Of a stretch of 64,000 nt of DNA, positions 37,138 to 51,199 are shown one piece after another. The notes below the pieces were generated by a model, which saw only the letters and a list, made by a program, of their open reading frames with translations, did not search any database and was not told the origin of the DNA. Made by a program: the position numbers and the translations under genes. The DNA is from Octopus vulgaris (taxonomy: Eukaryota), in NCBI GenBank assembly GCA_951406725.2, contig OX597822.1:46748001-46812000 (forward strand), written 5' to 3'. Within the stretch, counting starts at the first letter, position 1, and the number at the start of each line of letters is the position of its first letter.

Positions 37138-37539
37138 GGGAACCATGTAGGCAGACCCCCTTCTCACAAGAACAGCAAGCTATTCTTGTGGGGTGGGGGT
37201 GGGGCAGTTTAGTCATCGACCACCCCAACCATGGAACAGGTAGTAAATACTTGTTTACATAGCACTAGTAGCAGGTCTCTTCAGCCTGTCATGAGATCCC
37301 TGACTACTCCTTAGCTCGTATATTATTCTATTAAATGACATTAGGAAGTGACGTTCAGCCATAGAAACCAGGCCAAAACAGACAATTGGAACCTAATGCA
37401 GTTTTCTGGCTAACCAATTCCAGTCAAATCCATACCAGCATAGAAAATGGACATCAAATGATGATGATGTATCAATTATTTATTTATTAAATAATGTCCC
37501 ATAAAAAACGTACGTAAATGATAGTTGATTTAGGTGGGC

Positions 37540-38710
37540 TATGAATTCAGAAAATGAAAATCCGAAAAAAATACCACAAGGCATTTTTTCTAACACTCTA
37601 CTGATTCTGCCAATTAACTGGACAGTAATAATTGCCTTTTCACATAGCCATCAAGGTCAGAAATTTTAAGAGGGAATTGGTCAATCAAATTTGCTCCAGT
37701 ATTTGATTGATGCTCATTTTTATCAACTATAGATAAATAAAAATAAAATCAACCTCAGTAAGTTTTGAAGAAGGAGCAATAATAATAATAATAAACCTTT
37801 CTACTCTAGTCACAAGGCCTGAATTTTTGGAGGAGAGGACTAGTCAATTAAAGACCCCAGTGCATCACTGGTACTTAATTTATCGACACCGAAAGGATGA
37901 AAGGAAAAGTCGACCTTGGTGGAATTTGAACTCAGAACGTAGCAACAGACGAAATGCCGCTTAGCATTTTACCCAGCATGTTAATGATTCTGCCAGCTCA
38001 CCACCTTCATAATAATAATAATCTTTTATGCTATAGGCACAAGGCCTGAAATTTTGGGTGAGGGAGATTAGATCGACCCCAGTGCACTACTGGTACTTAT
38101 TTAATCGATCCTGAAAGGATGAAAGGCAAAGTCGACCTTGGCAGAATTTGAACTCAGAACATAAAGACAAAATTCCGCTAAGCATTTTGCCCAGCGTGCT
38201 AACGATTCTGCCAGCTCGCTGCCTTATTAATAATAATAATAATAATAATTATTATTATTTCAAATTTATGCCACAAGGGCAGCTTGGGGGAGGTAGGGAT
38301 GAGTCGATTACATCAATCCCAGTGTTCAACTGGTACTTATTTTATTGACCCCAGAAGGATGAAAAGCAAAGTTGACCTCAGCGGAATTTGAACTCAGAAT
38401 GTAGTGACCGGCGAAATATCACTAAGCATTTTGTCCAGCATGCTAATGATTCTGCCAGCTCACTGCCTTAATGATGATGATGATAATAATAATTATAACA
38501 ATAATAATAATAATCCTTTCTGATATTGGCACAATGCCTGAAATTTTGGTGTGAGGGGCTTGGTCAATTATATCAATCCAGTGCTCAACTGGTACTAATT
38601 TTATCAATCCTGAAAGGATGAAAGGTAAAGTCACCCTTGTTGGAATTTAAACTCAGAACTGAATAGAATTGGAAAAAATGCTGATAAGCATTTTGTCCAT
38701 GCTAACAATA
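37540..38710 (-). mobile_element. Head-to-tail array of about 5 family A SINEs
   Basis: Units near 37795, 38022, 38258 and 38515 with (AAT)n linkers. Confidence 0.85.
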
Positions 38711-39156
38711 ATAATAATAATTACTTCTAATGGTAATAAGAAGCTGAGATGTTGGGAACTGTACAAGGGAAAAGACTAAAACTGGAGATACAAGAAATTA
38801 AAATGACTGTAAAAGTTTTTGGACATCTGGTGGTCATTTTCATCTGGTGAATATCTGGTTGTCTGTTTTCTCTGAGGAACACCTGGTGATCAGTTTTAAT
38901 TTTTGAACACCTGATTATTAGAATATTGTGTCCAACTGGATGCAACAGATGAATGAGGTGACCGCTGTTTTGAACCACAGGTAAGAACACCAAGAACACA
39001 CAACCAGGGTTTCAATTCCATCTCATTCCATTCAGTACGTTAATAGTAACATTGAATATTTCCTGCCCTTTAACCTTTGATTTCTGATTCCTAGCTCTCT
39101 TTGGACTGAAATCAATCAATTACAGAATTAAGCTTTCAACATTTAGTATCTCTCCC

Positions 39157-39780
39157 TGTGGTTCTCAAAATTTTTTAATATCTAGACCAGATCCAAAATC
39201 TGAATCTTTTTAGTGGGCTGCATCAAAAAAAGTAAAACACAAGTGAATTCTTAAAACATTTTCAACCATCTTAATTTTATTATTTAATTATGGTAACCTG
39301 TCTGCCTCTTTTTGATTCTTATTTGGAACTAGCTTAAAAGTTGGTTCATTTAAAATTTGAATTTTCAACCCTTTTCACGGTAGTTTCCAACCCTTTTATC
39401 TATTTCCCATGGACCCCTTTCAGTATGCTTATCCTTATGCATATATTTATATATGAAATTTTGAATTTAGTTCATGGACCCCCACTACTACCTTTGGGGA
39501 CCCCAGGTTGGGAACCACTGTGTTAGCATATAACAAATCCTCATCCAGACCCAATCACAATACTGGATGTTCAAGAACCAAATGAAGGGCAGATTTTCAG
39601 TTCTGAGATTATCCTGATTCCAAAAAGATATAATATGTATGTGAAGACTGAGATACTGGGGCCCCGGACAGAAAGAATTTTGCATTTATCATTATCTATA
39701 CACAGGAAGGCTGTTGGGGGTCACCAAAAGGATGGTTGCGGGCCACATGTGGCCCTGGAAGCAACAGTTTAGGACCCCTG
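39157..39780. mobile_element. Probably nested hAT-type MITEs (inner about 39378-39520)
   Basis: Outer CTGTGGTTCTCAAA / TTTAGGACCCCTG and inner GGTAGTTTCCAACC / GGTTGGGAACCACTG degenerate TIRs. Confidence 0.5.
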
Positions 39781-39890
39781 ATCTATTAAGTTTAGTCAGA
39801 AGGATTAATTTTTATCTTTTTTCTTTTTGTCATAGATTACATTTAAGGACCTTCATATTCTCTAAATCTTTTATTCCAATATTGACGTCT

Positions 39891-40177
39891 GTTATTTGTT
39901 CCTTCTCGAGTCATTATTGGCTCATAGGGCCGGTTTCCTTGGCATATAGGTTCCCCACCAGTACGGGACGCTTGTCCGTCACAGGTGAGCTGCAAGATGC
40001 AGGAGGAATGAGTGAGAGAAAGTTGTGGCGAAAAAGTCAGCAGAAGTTTGCCATTAATTTCTGCCGAAGCCACAGGTGTTTCACTCATAAAAACACACAT
40101 CGCCTGGTCTGAGATTCGAACCCGCAATCCCTCGACCACGAGTACGCTGCTCTAACCTCTAGGCCATGTGCTTCCAC
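39891..40177 (-). mobile_element. tRNA-derived SINE family F with 12-bp TSD
   Basis: Minus-strand head GTGGAAGCACATGGCCTAGAGGTTAGAGCAGCG...GGGTTCGAATCTC; TSD ATATTGACGTCT at 39879-39890 and 40178-40189. Confidence 0.92.
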
Positions 40178-42315
40178 ATATTGACGTCTAGAGGGACGGA
40201 AATCAGCGAGATTAACCCAGAGAAAGTGAAAGATGGAAAACCCAGAAGCTGAGGAGCTAAATTAGGTCGAGACCTGATACAGTGCTATGTCATCATCATC
40301 ATCATTGTTTGAGGTTTGCTTTTCCATGCTTGCATGGGGCAGATATTTTTCTATTGGCAAATGACCGTCTTGTCACCAACCCTCACTTTTTTTTCTAAGC
40401 AAGCTAATATTTCCTCATGAGCAGACATGCTTTTCATGGAAGATTGGAAATAAGCAACTTCACTTCTATGAGAGTGATGTCTAGAAAAGGATTCACAATC
40501 ACATACACACACAATAGGCTTCTTTCAGTTTCCATCTTCTAAACCTACTCATAAAGTTACGGTTGCCCAAGGTGCCAAACAATAGGACTGATCCCACAAT
40601 CATGTAATAAGGAAGTAATCTTCTCCACCGCATTGCCATGCCTGTGCTGACAGTTCTGTACAAATTGTGATGTGCTAAAAATAGAAGTATAGAAATCGTG
40701 AGGGAGAGAGTGAGTACATAAATGTACAGAGGATAAATGTAATATATACAGAGAGAGAGAGAGAGAGAAGTGGAGAGTGGGCTACTGTACAATTTAGAGG
40801 GAGGGAGGGAAGCTAACTTGCTGTGTAGTGTTACAGAGAAGAAATTACTGAGTAGTTGTCTAGAGAATGAGAATAGATTGCTGTAGAGTGTGAAAAGATT
40901 GCTGTATGATATTGGTGAGAGAGAGAGAGTGTGTGTGTCTGGTTTACTGTCCCATGTTGTGAAGCATGTGGATCAATGAATAACAGTATATGGGAGAGAC
41001 AAGGGGAGGATTACTTATTGTACAATATTGTAGAGAAAATATGGATTGTAACAACACTGTAGCCATTGTTGACTCTACAAGTATATTGTCTGTTGCTCTT
41101 TCTGTAAGTCACAACATGTCTATTGTTAGCACCAAGTCTAGTCCCCAGGTGTTAGTACCACTGTGTAATGTCTCCTACCAGATATAACTATCCCAGTATT
41201 GGCTGAGCTGCAGGTGTAATATAACAGCCATGACAGCATTGTACAGGCAAGATGGTCAAGTGGTTAATGTTTTTTTCGTATGACTGCTCATAGATTTTGA
41301 CTTCAAATCTTTTCATGGCATTTCTTTATGTTTTTGCTTAGAACTCTTTATTCTACATTATATTCTCTCCACCCACCCACCCACCCACTTCTCCTTTTCA
41401 TGTCTTTTCACTTCTCCACTTCTTTCATTGATTCTCTCTCTCATCCTTGCCTAAACACACTTTTCCATAACTTTTGTAACTTTTGGCAATGTTGGTTGGT
41501 ACCTTGAGCAAGTGTCTTCTACTATAAGCCCTGGGTTGACCAATTCCTCATGAATAAATTGTGAATTTCGTTTGACAGAAACTGTGAAAGCCCAAGCCCA
41601 TTGTATGTATATGTAAAAAGGACCATCCAAACATGGTCAAACCCAACCACCCCGCCCCAAATGGCTCCTGTGCTGGTAGCACATAAAAAGCACAATCTCA
41701 ATGTAGCTGATGCCAGTGCTGCCTGACTGGCTCTCGTGCTGGTAGCACATAAAAAGCACCCACTACACTTTCGGAGTGGTTGGCATTTGGAAGGGCATCC
41801 AGCTGTAGAAACATTGTCAGATCAGATTGGAGCCTGGTGCTGCCTCCTGGCTTGCCAATCCCCAGTCAAACCGTCCAATCCATGCCAGCATGGAAAACGG
41901 ACGTGAAACGAATAATGTGTGTTTGTCCCCCCACCCACCACCACTTGACATCTAGTGTTAGTTTGTTTATGTTCCCATAATTAACAGTTCAGCAAAACAG
42001 ACTAATAGAATAACTCGCAGACTTAAAAGAAAGTCGTAGGGTCAATTCGCTCAGCTACATTATTCAAGGCTGCAGCCATGCTGGGACACAGCTTAATGCT
42101 AATGTCCTTGGGAAATGCATGATCGCCACAATATCCCTTCTTTCTTCCATTATAAATCTGAATCCTTGTTCCCTGTAAGAAATAAATATTTTGAAATAAA
42201 CAGCAGTGATAGAATAAAAGGAGCCCTAAAGGTCAGCAACCTCACCTTATTTTTCTGGTTGTTTGGCCCCAGTAGATCAACAGTCAAAGACATTTCAATC
42301 ATGACTATCATTTAA

Positions 42316-42723
42316 CCCTTAAGTATTTAAACTAGCCGTATCCAGCCCAAATATTCTTCCTGTTTATAGTTAAACTGGCCAGATCTTGCCTCTCACACTT
42401 ACCCTACAATGCCATACTAAACATAAACAATCACATCATTAGAATTTTGATGCTACAAAGCAATTTATGATTAATTCAAAGCAATGTGAATAAACACAAA
42501 TTGCATTTGACAAAATAGTTTAAATGCTAATGGGTTGAACCAGCTATATCAGGCCCAAATATTCTACCTGTTTTATGTTCAAACTGGCCAGAATCTGGCC
42601 TTTCACACCAATCCTACAATGTCATTCAATTACCTCGTCAAATTCTGAAAGGAGCGAGATAATGCAAGATTAATTCAAAACATGACAATTAGTTTTGGCA
42701 GAATTATTTGAATGTGAAAAGGT
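42316..42723. mobile_element. piggyBac-type MITE family 2, tandem dimer
   Basis: TTAA|CCCTTAAGTATTTAAAC...GTTTAAATGCTAATGGG (42534), followed by a second copy lacking the left tip; partial copy near 10997-11095. Confidence 0.75.
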
Positions 42724-43599
42724 TGAAGTGAAGGCACAGGGTTTAGTGGTAAAGCTTTTGTGCCCATGAGCACAAGATTACTAGATCGTGGTTTTGGTTC
42801 TTGGATTGAGTGGTGCATTGCCTTCTTGAGCAAAACCTTTCATTTCACATTGCTCCAGATCACTCAGCTATAAATGAGTTCCCCTTCAACAGACAGGCAT
42901 TCTGTTCAGGGCAGTGTCGTGATCTCAGGTACTGAAATGCTGTGGAAACCCAATGACTGACCGTTTGATTCCTAGGGCTTGAAGCATAACTGTTTCAAGC
43001 CCTAGGGTTTGTTGATGATGGAAAATTTGGTTGCTATTTCTTGCACATTGAGTATCCAGATAGTGGTTCTTTCATTGGCTTACCAGAAATTTTTGATAAT
43101 TATCTCTAGCTCAGTCCAGATTCAGTAGATCTACCATTAAACTTATTCCAGCCATAATCATCTAGTCTTTATATCTACTACAAACTAAATTATCAACTGT
43201 ATCTTCTTTATTAAAGATGGTAGAGTGTGATTCCGGGAAAATTAGGCTGCTATTTTTAGCAGAGCAAGAGACCACATTGAAGCTCCCTTTTTATCTAGGA
43301 TGAGTTCAATACATAAAACTTCTTTCATTTTTTTTTACCCAAACCACTGAAATCACAGACTGAATTCTCAACAATGTGCACTACTAGCTATCCTCATCTA
43401 TTTCTGTCTCTGACCATCATACTTGTACTTGCTGCAGTATTTACCTGGAGAGAATTGAGTTGGTTCTGACCAACGAGTTTACATGTCCTTCGTGGATGCC
43501 AACCACACCTGGCAGACAGTTGCCCCACTGGGAGAGCAATCATGTCAAATAGAATAGATGCCAGAGCTGTAGTTGTCATCCGCTGATGAGATGTAGAGT

Positions 43600-43870
43600 T
43601 CATATTCGGAGTTTCAGTGGCAATTAATTGCTGAAGCATAGAATAAACTACTCACATCAGTTGTTAGCTCTTCAGGACAGTACATCCTTCAAAACTTGCT
43701 TCCTGAAATTCGCCAGCCATACACCTGATGTCCTTCCCTCTTTTTTTTTTTTTTTTAACAACTCCTTCATTGTTCACTTCCTGTACATTATTCTATTTAT
43801 GTGTTAATGCGCTTTTAGCTACCTTTTCTGATGAGTTGTAGTGCACCTGAGCACTGTATACAATAAGTTC
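43600..43870 (+). mobile_element. CR1/L2-group LINE 3' end remnant
   Basis: A*NKLLTSVV...SFK resembles the WNxLPxxVV...FK C-terminal motif, followed by a short 3' UTR. Confidence 0.45.
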
Positions 43871-43874
43871 ATTC

Positions 43875-44672
43875 AATGCCAATGCTGCCTGACTGGTACC
43901 CATGCTGGTGGCCCGTAAAATGTACCTACTACACTCTTGAAGTGGTTGGCGTTAGGAAGGGCATCCAGCTGTAGAAACATTGCCAGATCAGATTGAAGCC
44001 TGGTGCAGCTTCCTGGCCTACCAGTCCCCAATCAAACCATCCAACCTATGCCAGCATGAAAAGCGGACGTTAAACGACAATGATAATTATTATTATTATA
44101 ATAAATTGTAATACCTCTTTCTCACTCTCTCTATCTATTCCTATCTGTATGTATGTGAGTGGATGCATTTGCCTCCAGCGCCAAAACGTACCCTTACCTA
44201 AACCAGCTGCATATTCAGTCAGCTGCATCAAAGCATCTCATTCTGTAGCACCAACAACTATCAGCTAAACATTAATCACATTGTCTTCACCTGTTTGGGA
44301 AGACTGGAACTGATTTTTAAAAAGGTACCATAAATACTCTGGGAGTGAGAGTAAGATTCAACAAAGGGAATAGCAGTAGTGGATGGCTTTTGTGGTTTCT
44401 AGTCAATGACCAGTGTTGCACTAAATAAATTGCAGATATACCAAACCTTCCATCACCTGGGCCCAGAGCCACCTCCATCAGTCTTGTTCTCCGCCTGCAG
44501 TTGAGAAGTATTTATTGTCTTTGGCGTTAGGAAGGGCATCCAGCTGTAGAAACTCTGCCAGATCAAGATTGGAGTCTGGTGCAGCCATTTGGTTCGCCAG
44601 CCCACAGTCAATCCGTCCAACCCATGCTAGCATGGAAAGCGGACGTTAAACGACGATGATGATGATGATGAT
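43875..44672 (+). mobile_element. Two family C 3' fragments (43875-44080, 44520-44672)
   Basis: GGCGTTAGGAAGGGCATCCAGCTGTAGAAAC...GGACGTTAAACGACGATGATGAT. Confidence 0.85.
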
Positions 44673-45309
44673 GAAGTTCGTTGGTGACCTTACTGATACT
44701 AATGCCATGTAAGCACACAGCAATCAGCTGTAGAACCCATGACAAAGCAGAAAGTAGAACATGACACACAGTCCTCTGGCTCGCTTACCCATATCGAACC
44801 GTCATGGAAAGCGACGTTAAATGGTGGCGGCGGCGTATCCATACACTGATACACATACGACACACATTTGTTGTTTTTATCAATCTTTTATGTATGTATG
44901 TGTGTGTGTGTGTGTAGATGTTACTGGGATATAGGGAGGTGAGTTTAGTAGAGAAAGTAAATAGTAAAACTAGTGTAGTGAATTTCTTTCTACTCTGATT
45001 CACCGACTACATGAAAATATAGGGAGAGGTGACACCCACCACTACCACCGTCATCACCTTAAAAAAAACCGACATCGATCTCTTCAGCTAGACTACATCG
45101 TTTGTGACAAACCCTCACAAATCGATAAATATCGAAATACAATAAGAGTTAGCTCCCTTGGCTATATTAGCGTTTCACTTCTCTTCCTCCTCCTCCTTCA
45201 GTTATAGATAAAAGGAAGACGACACAGCAGTTGCCTTCCTCCTCCCTCACTCTCACAGCTTTTGTATTTTTTTTTTGTAATTTTTTAATTTCTTCTCATT
45301 TGCTTTCTG

Positions 45310-45346
<37 letters not shown>

Positions 45347-45747
45347 GCCATTCTTGTGTTGCTTCCTTTTCAATCAAACCTTTCATTCCCTCCTTCACCT
45401 AACAGTCTGTGTTTCCTTGTCTTGACATCACGTAATGGGTGTAAATGAGTGTCACTGTCACACAAGCGGGGTCCTTCATTTACAATATTCTGCAAAAAAA
45501 CTTGTTTGGTTGTAGGGGAATGTTACCCTGCTTGCAAACAACATGAGGTTTGTCAACAGGAACGACATCAGACTGTAAAAAATCTCCTACAGCAGATTCC
45601 ATCTGACCAAGGCAAGCATAGCAAAGTGGACGATACGCTGGTGATGATCGTATATATCATCATTGTTGTTTTAACATCCATAATATTCTGATGACCAGAC
45701 ATGTTTTCTATGAAAGATTGAAAACAAACATCATTTGTTTGATGATG

Positions 45748-46568
45748 AGCCGAGGTCGACTTTGCCTTTCATCCTTTCGGGGTCGGTAAATTAAGTACCA
45801 GTTACGCACTGGAGTCGATATAATCGACTTAATCCGTTTGTGTGTCCTTGTTTGTCTCCTCTGTGTTTAGCCCCTTGTGGGTAGTAAAGAAAGAGATGAT
45901 GGTGGTGGTCGTGATGAGGCCAATGATGATGATTATCATCATCATTTACTGTCATCATATGATGTCAAGACAAATGCGTGCGCGCACACACACACACACA
46001 GAACAGACTTATTTTCAGTTTCTTATTTCTTTATTACGCACAAGGGGCTAAACATAGAGGGGACTAACAAGGACAAACAAACGGATTAAGTTAATTATAT
46101 CGACTCCAGTGCATAACTGGTACTTATTTAATCGACCCTGAAAGGATGAAAGGCAATGTCGACCTAGGCAGAATTTGAACCCAAAATGTAGCGGCAGATG
46201 AAATACTTATTTCTTTACTACCCACAAGGGGCTAAACACAGAGGGGACTAACAAGGACAGACAAACGAATGAAGTCGATTATATAGACCCCAGTGCGTAA
46301 TTGGTACTTAATTTATCGACCCCAAAATGATGAAAGGCAAAGTCGACCTCACCACCTTCATAATAATAATCTTTTATGCTATAGCCACAAGGCCTGAAAT
46401 TTTGGGGGAGGGAGATTAGATTGACCCCAGTGCACTACTGTTACTTATTTAATCAACCCTGAAAGGATGAAAGGCAAAGTTGACCTTGGCGGAATTTGAA
46501 CTCAGAACGTAATGGCAGACGAAATACAGCTAAGCATATCGCCCCGCGTGCTAACGTTTCTGCCAGCT
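45748..46568. mobile_element. Family A SINE cluster: plus copy 45748-45892, minus copies 46022-46568
   Basis: CpG-rich family A motifs in opposite orientations. Confidence 0.85.
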
Positions 46569-47286
46569 TCTTTTCAGTTTCTGTCTACCAAATTCATTTG
46601 CAAAACTTTGATGATCAGAGGCCATAGTAGGAGACATTTGTCCAGGATGCAGTGCAGAGGGACCGAATACAAAACCACTTGTTTGGAAATAAGTCACTGA
46701 ACCACCCAGTCACATCTGTGTGGGTGTGTATCAGTCATGGTTGTGTGGTAAGCCACATGGTTCTGAGTTCAGTCCCACTGTGTGGCAACTTGAGCAAATG
46801 CTTTATACTATAGCCCTGGGCCAACCTAACCTTGTGAGTGGATTTGGTAGATGGAAACTGAAAGAAGCCCACCTTATATATCATCATCATTTAATGTCAA
46901 CCTTCCATGCTGGCATGGGTTGAACGGTTTGACAGGAGCTGGCTAGACTGCACCAGGGTTCAGTGTCAGTTTTGGCATGGGTTTTATGGCCAGCTGCCCT
47001 TCCTAACACCAACCACTCTACAGAATGGTCTGAGTACTTTTTATATGGCACCAGCACAAGCAAGGTCAGTTTTGGTGTAGTTTTTTGCAGCTGGATGCCC
47101 TTCCAAATCCCAAGGTGTATATGTTTGTGTTAGACGTTACAAGATAGCTGTGAGTGTCAACCCCTATGCAAGCTGTGTCCTTGTCCTTCATTTCTAATCA
47201 TCTGTGACATGTCAAGTCTTGGGGAAATATTACCTTACTTGGGAACATGAGGTTGGTGACAGGTAGGGTATCGAGCCATAGAAAAT

Positions 47287-47566
47287 TGTTGTCATTTGTT
47301 CCTTCTTGAGCCACACCTGGCTCATTGGGCCAGTTTCATGGTTTCCTTGGTGTATAAGTTCCCCATCTGGATGGGATGCCAGTCCGTTGCAGCTGAGCTG
47401 CAAGATGCACGAGGAAAGAGTGAGAGAAAGTTGGGGCGAAAGCTGGAGCTGCGTGGAGCTTAGGTGTTTTTGCTCATAAACACACACATCGCCCGGTCTG
47501 AGATTCGAACCCAGGATCCCTTGACTGTGAGTTCACTGCTCTAACCACTAGGCCATGTGCCTCCAT
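47287..47566 (-). mobile_element. SINE family F with 12-bp TSD nested in a family D tail
   Basis: TSD GCCATAGAAAAT at 47275-47286 and 47567-47578; homologous to 39891-40177. Confidence 0.9.
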
Positions 47567-47754
47567 GCCATAGAAAATACACTTCAACAAATTCTGTCCA
47601 ACACATGCCAGGATGGAAAACTGAACACTGAACAATGATGAGATAAAGAATGCCAGGCTTATGTAGATCAGTGGTCTGCTACCAGGACCCATATAGCCCT
47701 TAGGGTTCTATATAAGAGTTTTATGAGTAATAAATAGATTTTACTTCTATAACA

Positions 47755-47967
47755 CAGTCATCCCTCAACTATTGTGGGTGTTACTTTCCAGGTTTTAGGT
47801 GAAAATCTGCGAAGTAGAAACAGTAATCGACCCCAGGACTTAATCTTTGTAAGCCTAGTACTTATTCTATCGGTCTCTCTTGCCGAACCGCTAAGTTATG
47901 GGGACGTAAACACACCGGTATCTGTTGCCAAGCGATATTGAGGGGACAAACACAGACACACAAACAT

Positions 47968-48001
<34 letters not shown>

Positions 48002-48331
48002 GTCGAGTTTCTTTCAGTTTCCATCTACCAAATCCACTCACAAGGCTTTGGTTGGCTCAAGGCTATAGTAGAAGACACTTGCTCAATGTGCCACACAGTG
48101 GGACTGAACACAGAACCATGTGGTTGGTAAGCAAGCTACTCACCACACAGCCACTCCTACGCCTTTACACAGCCACTCCTGTGCCTATTTATACTGTATA
48201 TTTTTAAAATCATTTTTATAATTTGCACATATTTACTTTATAATAAATGCAAAACAACACCACAAAGGAATTGATGTAAGCTTAAATAATAAATCACGAT
48301 TGGTGAACCATGATATGGCAAGGGATTATTG
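47755..48331. mobile_element. pogo/Tigger-like MITE interrupted by a minus-strand family B SINE (about 47826-48187)
   Basis: CAGTCATCCCTCAACTATTGTGG ... CCATGATATGGCAAGGGATTATTG|TA degenerate TIRs. Confidence 0.6.
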
Positions 48332-48599
48332 TACACAAAATATTTCAACATTTTTTTTAGATGATTTCTAATAAAATTTAATTCTAAAAATATAATAGGA
48401 TTTTTTTAAAACATCAAATGGCTATGAGGGTCCAATAGAGTAGAATAAGAATCTAAGGTGTCCATAGGTGAAAAAAAAGGAGTGAGAAACACTGACCTAG
48501 ATTAATTAGATTAAGATAATCTTCCTCCTTTCTCTGTGTCTAAACATTTTTACTTTTGTAAGGAATCTTTATTGTTATAAGGGACAGTTGATTGTCACA

Positions 48600-49368
48600 A
48601 TCATTAGGACATTGGACTAATTGCCTTGTGGTATATAGTTAAAGTTCTCTGCTTTCTGAGATCAAATCTCACCAGGGTCAACTTTCCCATTCATCATTTC
48701 AGTTTTAATAAAATCAAGAGACAGTAAAAAAAAAATCCATTCCCTACTCCCCGAAAGGTCTGACCTTGTGCCTCTGTCAGAAACTACTACTACTGCTACT
48801 GCTACTGCTGCTGCTGCTGCTGCTGCCGCCGCCGCCGCCATCATGGCAAGCTGGATGACTGGTTAGCATGCCTGACGAAATGTTTGCAGCATTTCATCTG
48901 TCTTTACATTCTGAGTTCAAATTCCACCAGGATCCACTTTCCCTTTCATTGTTTCGGGGTCGAAAAAATAAGTTCCAGTAGCATACAGGGTTCGATGTAA
49001 TCAGCTTACCCCATCCCTTTGTGCCAAATTGTAAAACCATTATTATTATTATTATTATTATTATTAAGGTGGTTAGCTAGCAGAAACGTTACCACACTGG
49101 ACAAAATGCTTGGCGGTATTTCGCCCATCGCTACGTTCTGAGTTCAAATTCTGCCGAGGTCGACTCTGCCTTTCATCCTTTCTGGGTCAATAAATTAAGC
49201 CCCAGTTGCATACAGGGGTTGATCTAATCGACTGGCCCCCTCCGCCAAAATTTCAGGCCTTGTGCCTAGAGTAGAAAATAATTATTAGCACACTATTTAC
49301 TGTAGCCCTTCTTTTATACCAAGACAAAACAATGTACATGATAATGCTTCCAATCATTATTATTATCA

Positions 49369-49429
<61 letters not shown>

Positions 49430-49871
49430 GTGGGTAGTGAGTGAACAAAATTGTTTGCAAGGAAGACGAAATGTTTAGTGGCATATTTTCTGATTCTTCC
49501 TGTTCTGTGTTCAAATCCTGCTAAGGTCAACTTTGTCTTTCTTTGCTTTAGGGTCAATAAAATGTACTGAAGTCAATGTAATTAACTCGCTCCTCCCCTT
49601 AAATTTGCTTCAGCCAAAAAGTAGAAATATTATTATTATAATTTTTAGCATGCTGAGTGAAATGTTTAGCGGTATTTCACCCATCTTTACATTCTGGGTT
49701 CAAATTCCGCCGAGGTTAACTTTGCCTTTTATCCTTTCAGTGTCAATTAAATAAGTACCAGTTACATACTGGGGTCGATGTAATCGACTTAATCCCCTCT
49801 CCCAAGTTGCTCTTATGGCAAAAACTTGCTCTTTGAGACATTTAGAAATTCAATATTTCTAATTGAAATTA

Positions 49872-49902
<31 letters not shown>

Positions 49903-50310
49903 CATTCCACCAAGGTTGACTTTGCTTTTCATCCTTTGGGAGTTGATAAATTAAGTACCAGTGAAACACTGGAGTTGATGTAATCAACTACTCCCCTCCC
50001 TCCAAATTTCAGGCCTTGTGCATTTAGTAGAAAGGAAAAAAATAAAGAAAAGAAATCATTATTATTATTATTGTTATTATTATTATTATTATTAAAGGTG
50101 GTGAGCTGGTAGAAGCATTAGCACACCGGACAAAATGCTTAGTGGTATTTCATCCATCTTTACGTTCTGAGTTCAAATTCCACTGAGATTGACTTTGCCG
50201 TTCACCCTTTCAGTGTCAAAGTACCTGTTTCGCACTGGGGTCAATGTAATTGACTAGCCCCCCACCTCCCACAAAATTTCAGGCCTTGTGCCTTTAGTAG
50301 AAAGGATTAT
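48600..50310 (+). mobile_element. Head-to-tail array of about 7 family A SINEs with (ATT)n linkers
   Basis: Units near 48845, 49067, 49430, 49645, 49905 and 50096. Confidence 0.85.
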
Positions 50311-51199
50311 TATTATTATTACCATTATTGTCCTTTGATGTTGTTCTCAAATTTTATGCCCTTGTGGCCAATAAAATAAATCATTATTATTATTATTATC
50401 TTCAATAGAATGCCTTGCAGCATTTTCTTAGACCCCTGTCTCAAGCCTTAAGACTCATAAATCCAGTTTCTAATTTCCACAGCATATAAACGACCAATAT
50501 TACAACATTCCCCCTAAATGGGACACCAGTCCATTGCCGGGTTACTTATTTATGGTTGAGGAGACTGGAGCCATGGGAAATGAAGTGTTTTGCCCAAGAA
50601 CACAACACACCACCCGGTCCAGATATTTAAACCTTGACCATGTGATCATGAGTGCAACAGCCAAAATACTAAGCCACTCACCCGGTGGAAGGTCAGCAGT
50701 GGTTGCCTGTCATTTCAACATTGACTGTTCTGTCCAGAATTCTTTGAGTGACACTCCTTTGGACGGTGAGTAAGGCAGCTGGCATTGTCTCCCCCACTGG
50801 AATGCTTCTCTGGGCCTCCATGCCAAGTATCGAGCGGTGCAGAAGCATGCAACAAGCTTGGTTGATGGTGGGGCTACCCTGCAGCAGTAGCTCCCTTGCT
50901 AGTTGATGTCCAACTGTTGTCTGATTGTACAGATCTTCCGCTTGACCCAGTAACCTTCCACCCATTGGTCAAGGACTCATCCACCTTGTCAGTTATCCAA
51001 AGTAAAAATTGAGGCAGAGTTGATTCTGAAGTAAGTGGAATAACAACAGTTGAAATTATCAATGGAGGGTCCATTACCTGGAAGGAGAGAACTAGGGGGT
51101 AAGGGAAATAAAGAAGACAGATAGATTAACTAAGGCAGAGGAGACAGAGTGAATGCATGTAAACTAGTGGTTGGTGGGTTGCACTCATGATCATAATAT

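Noticed and set aside
43828-43870. CTGATGAG as a hammerhead core
   Set aside because: No stem II followed by GAAA; it lies in a LINE 3' UTR remnant
48662-48844. Poly-Ala ORF
   Set aside because: It is a CTA/CTG/CCG trinucleotide tract between two SINEs
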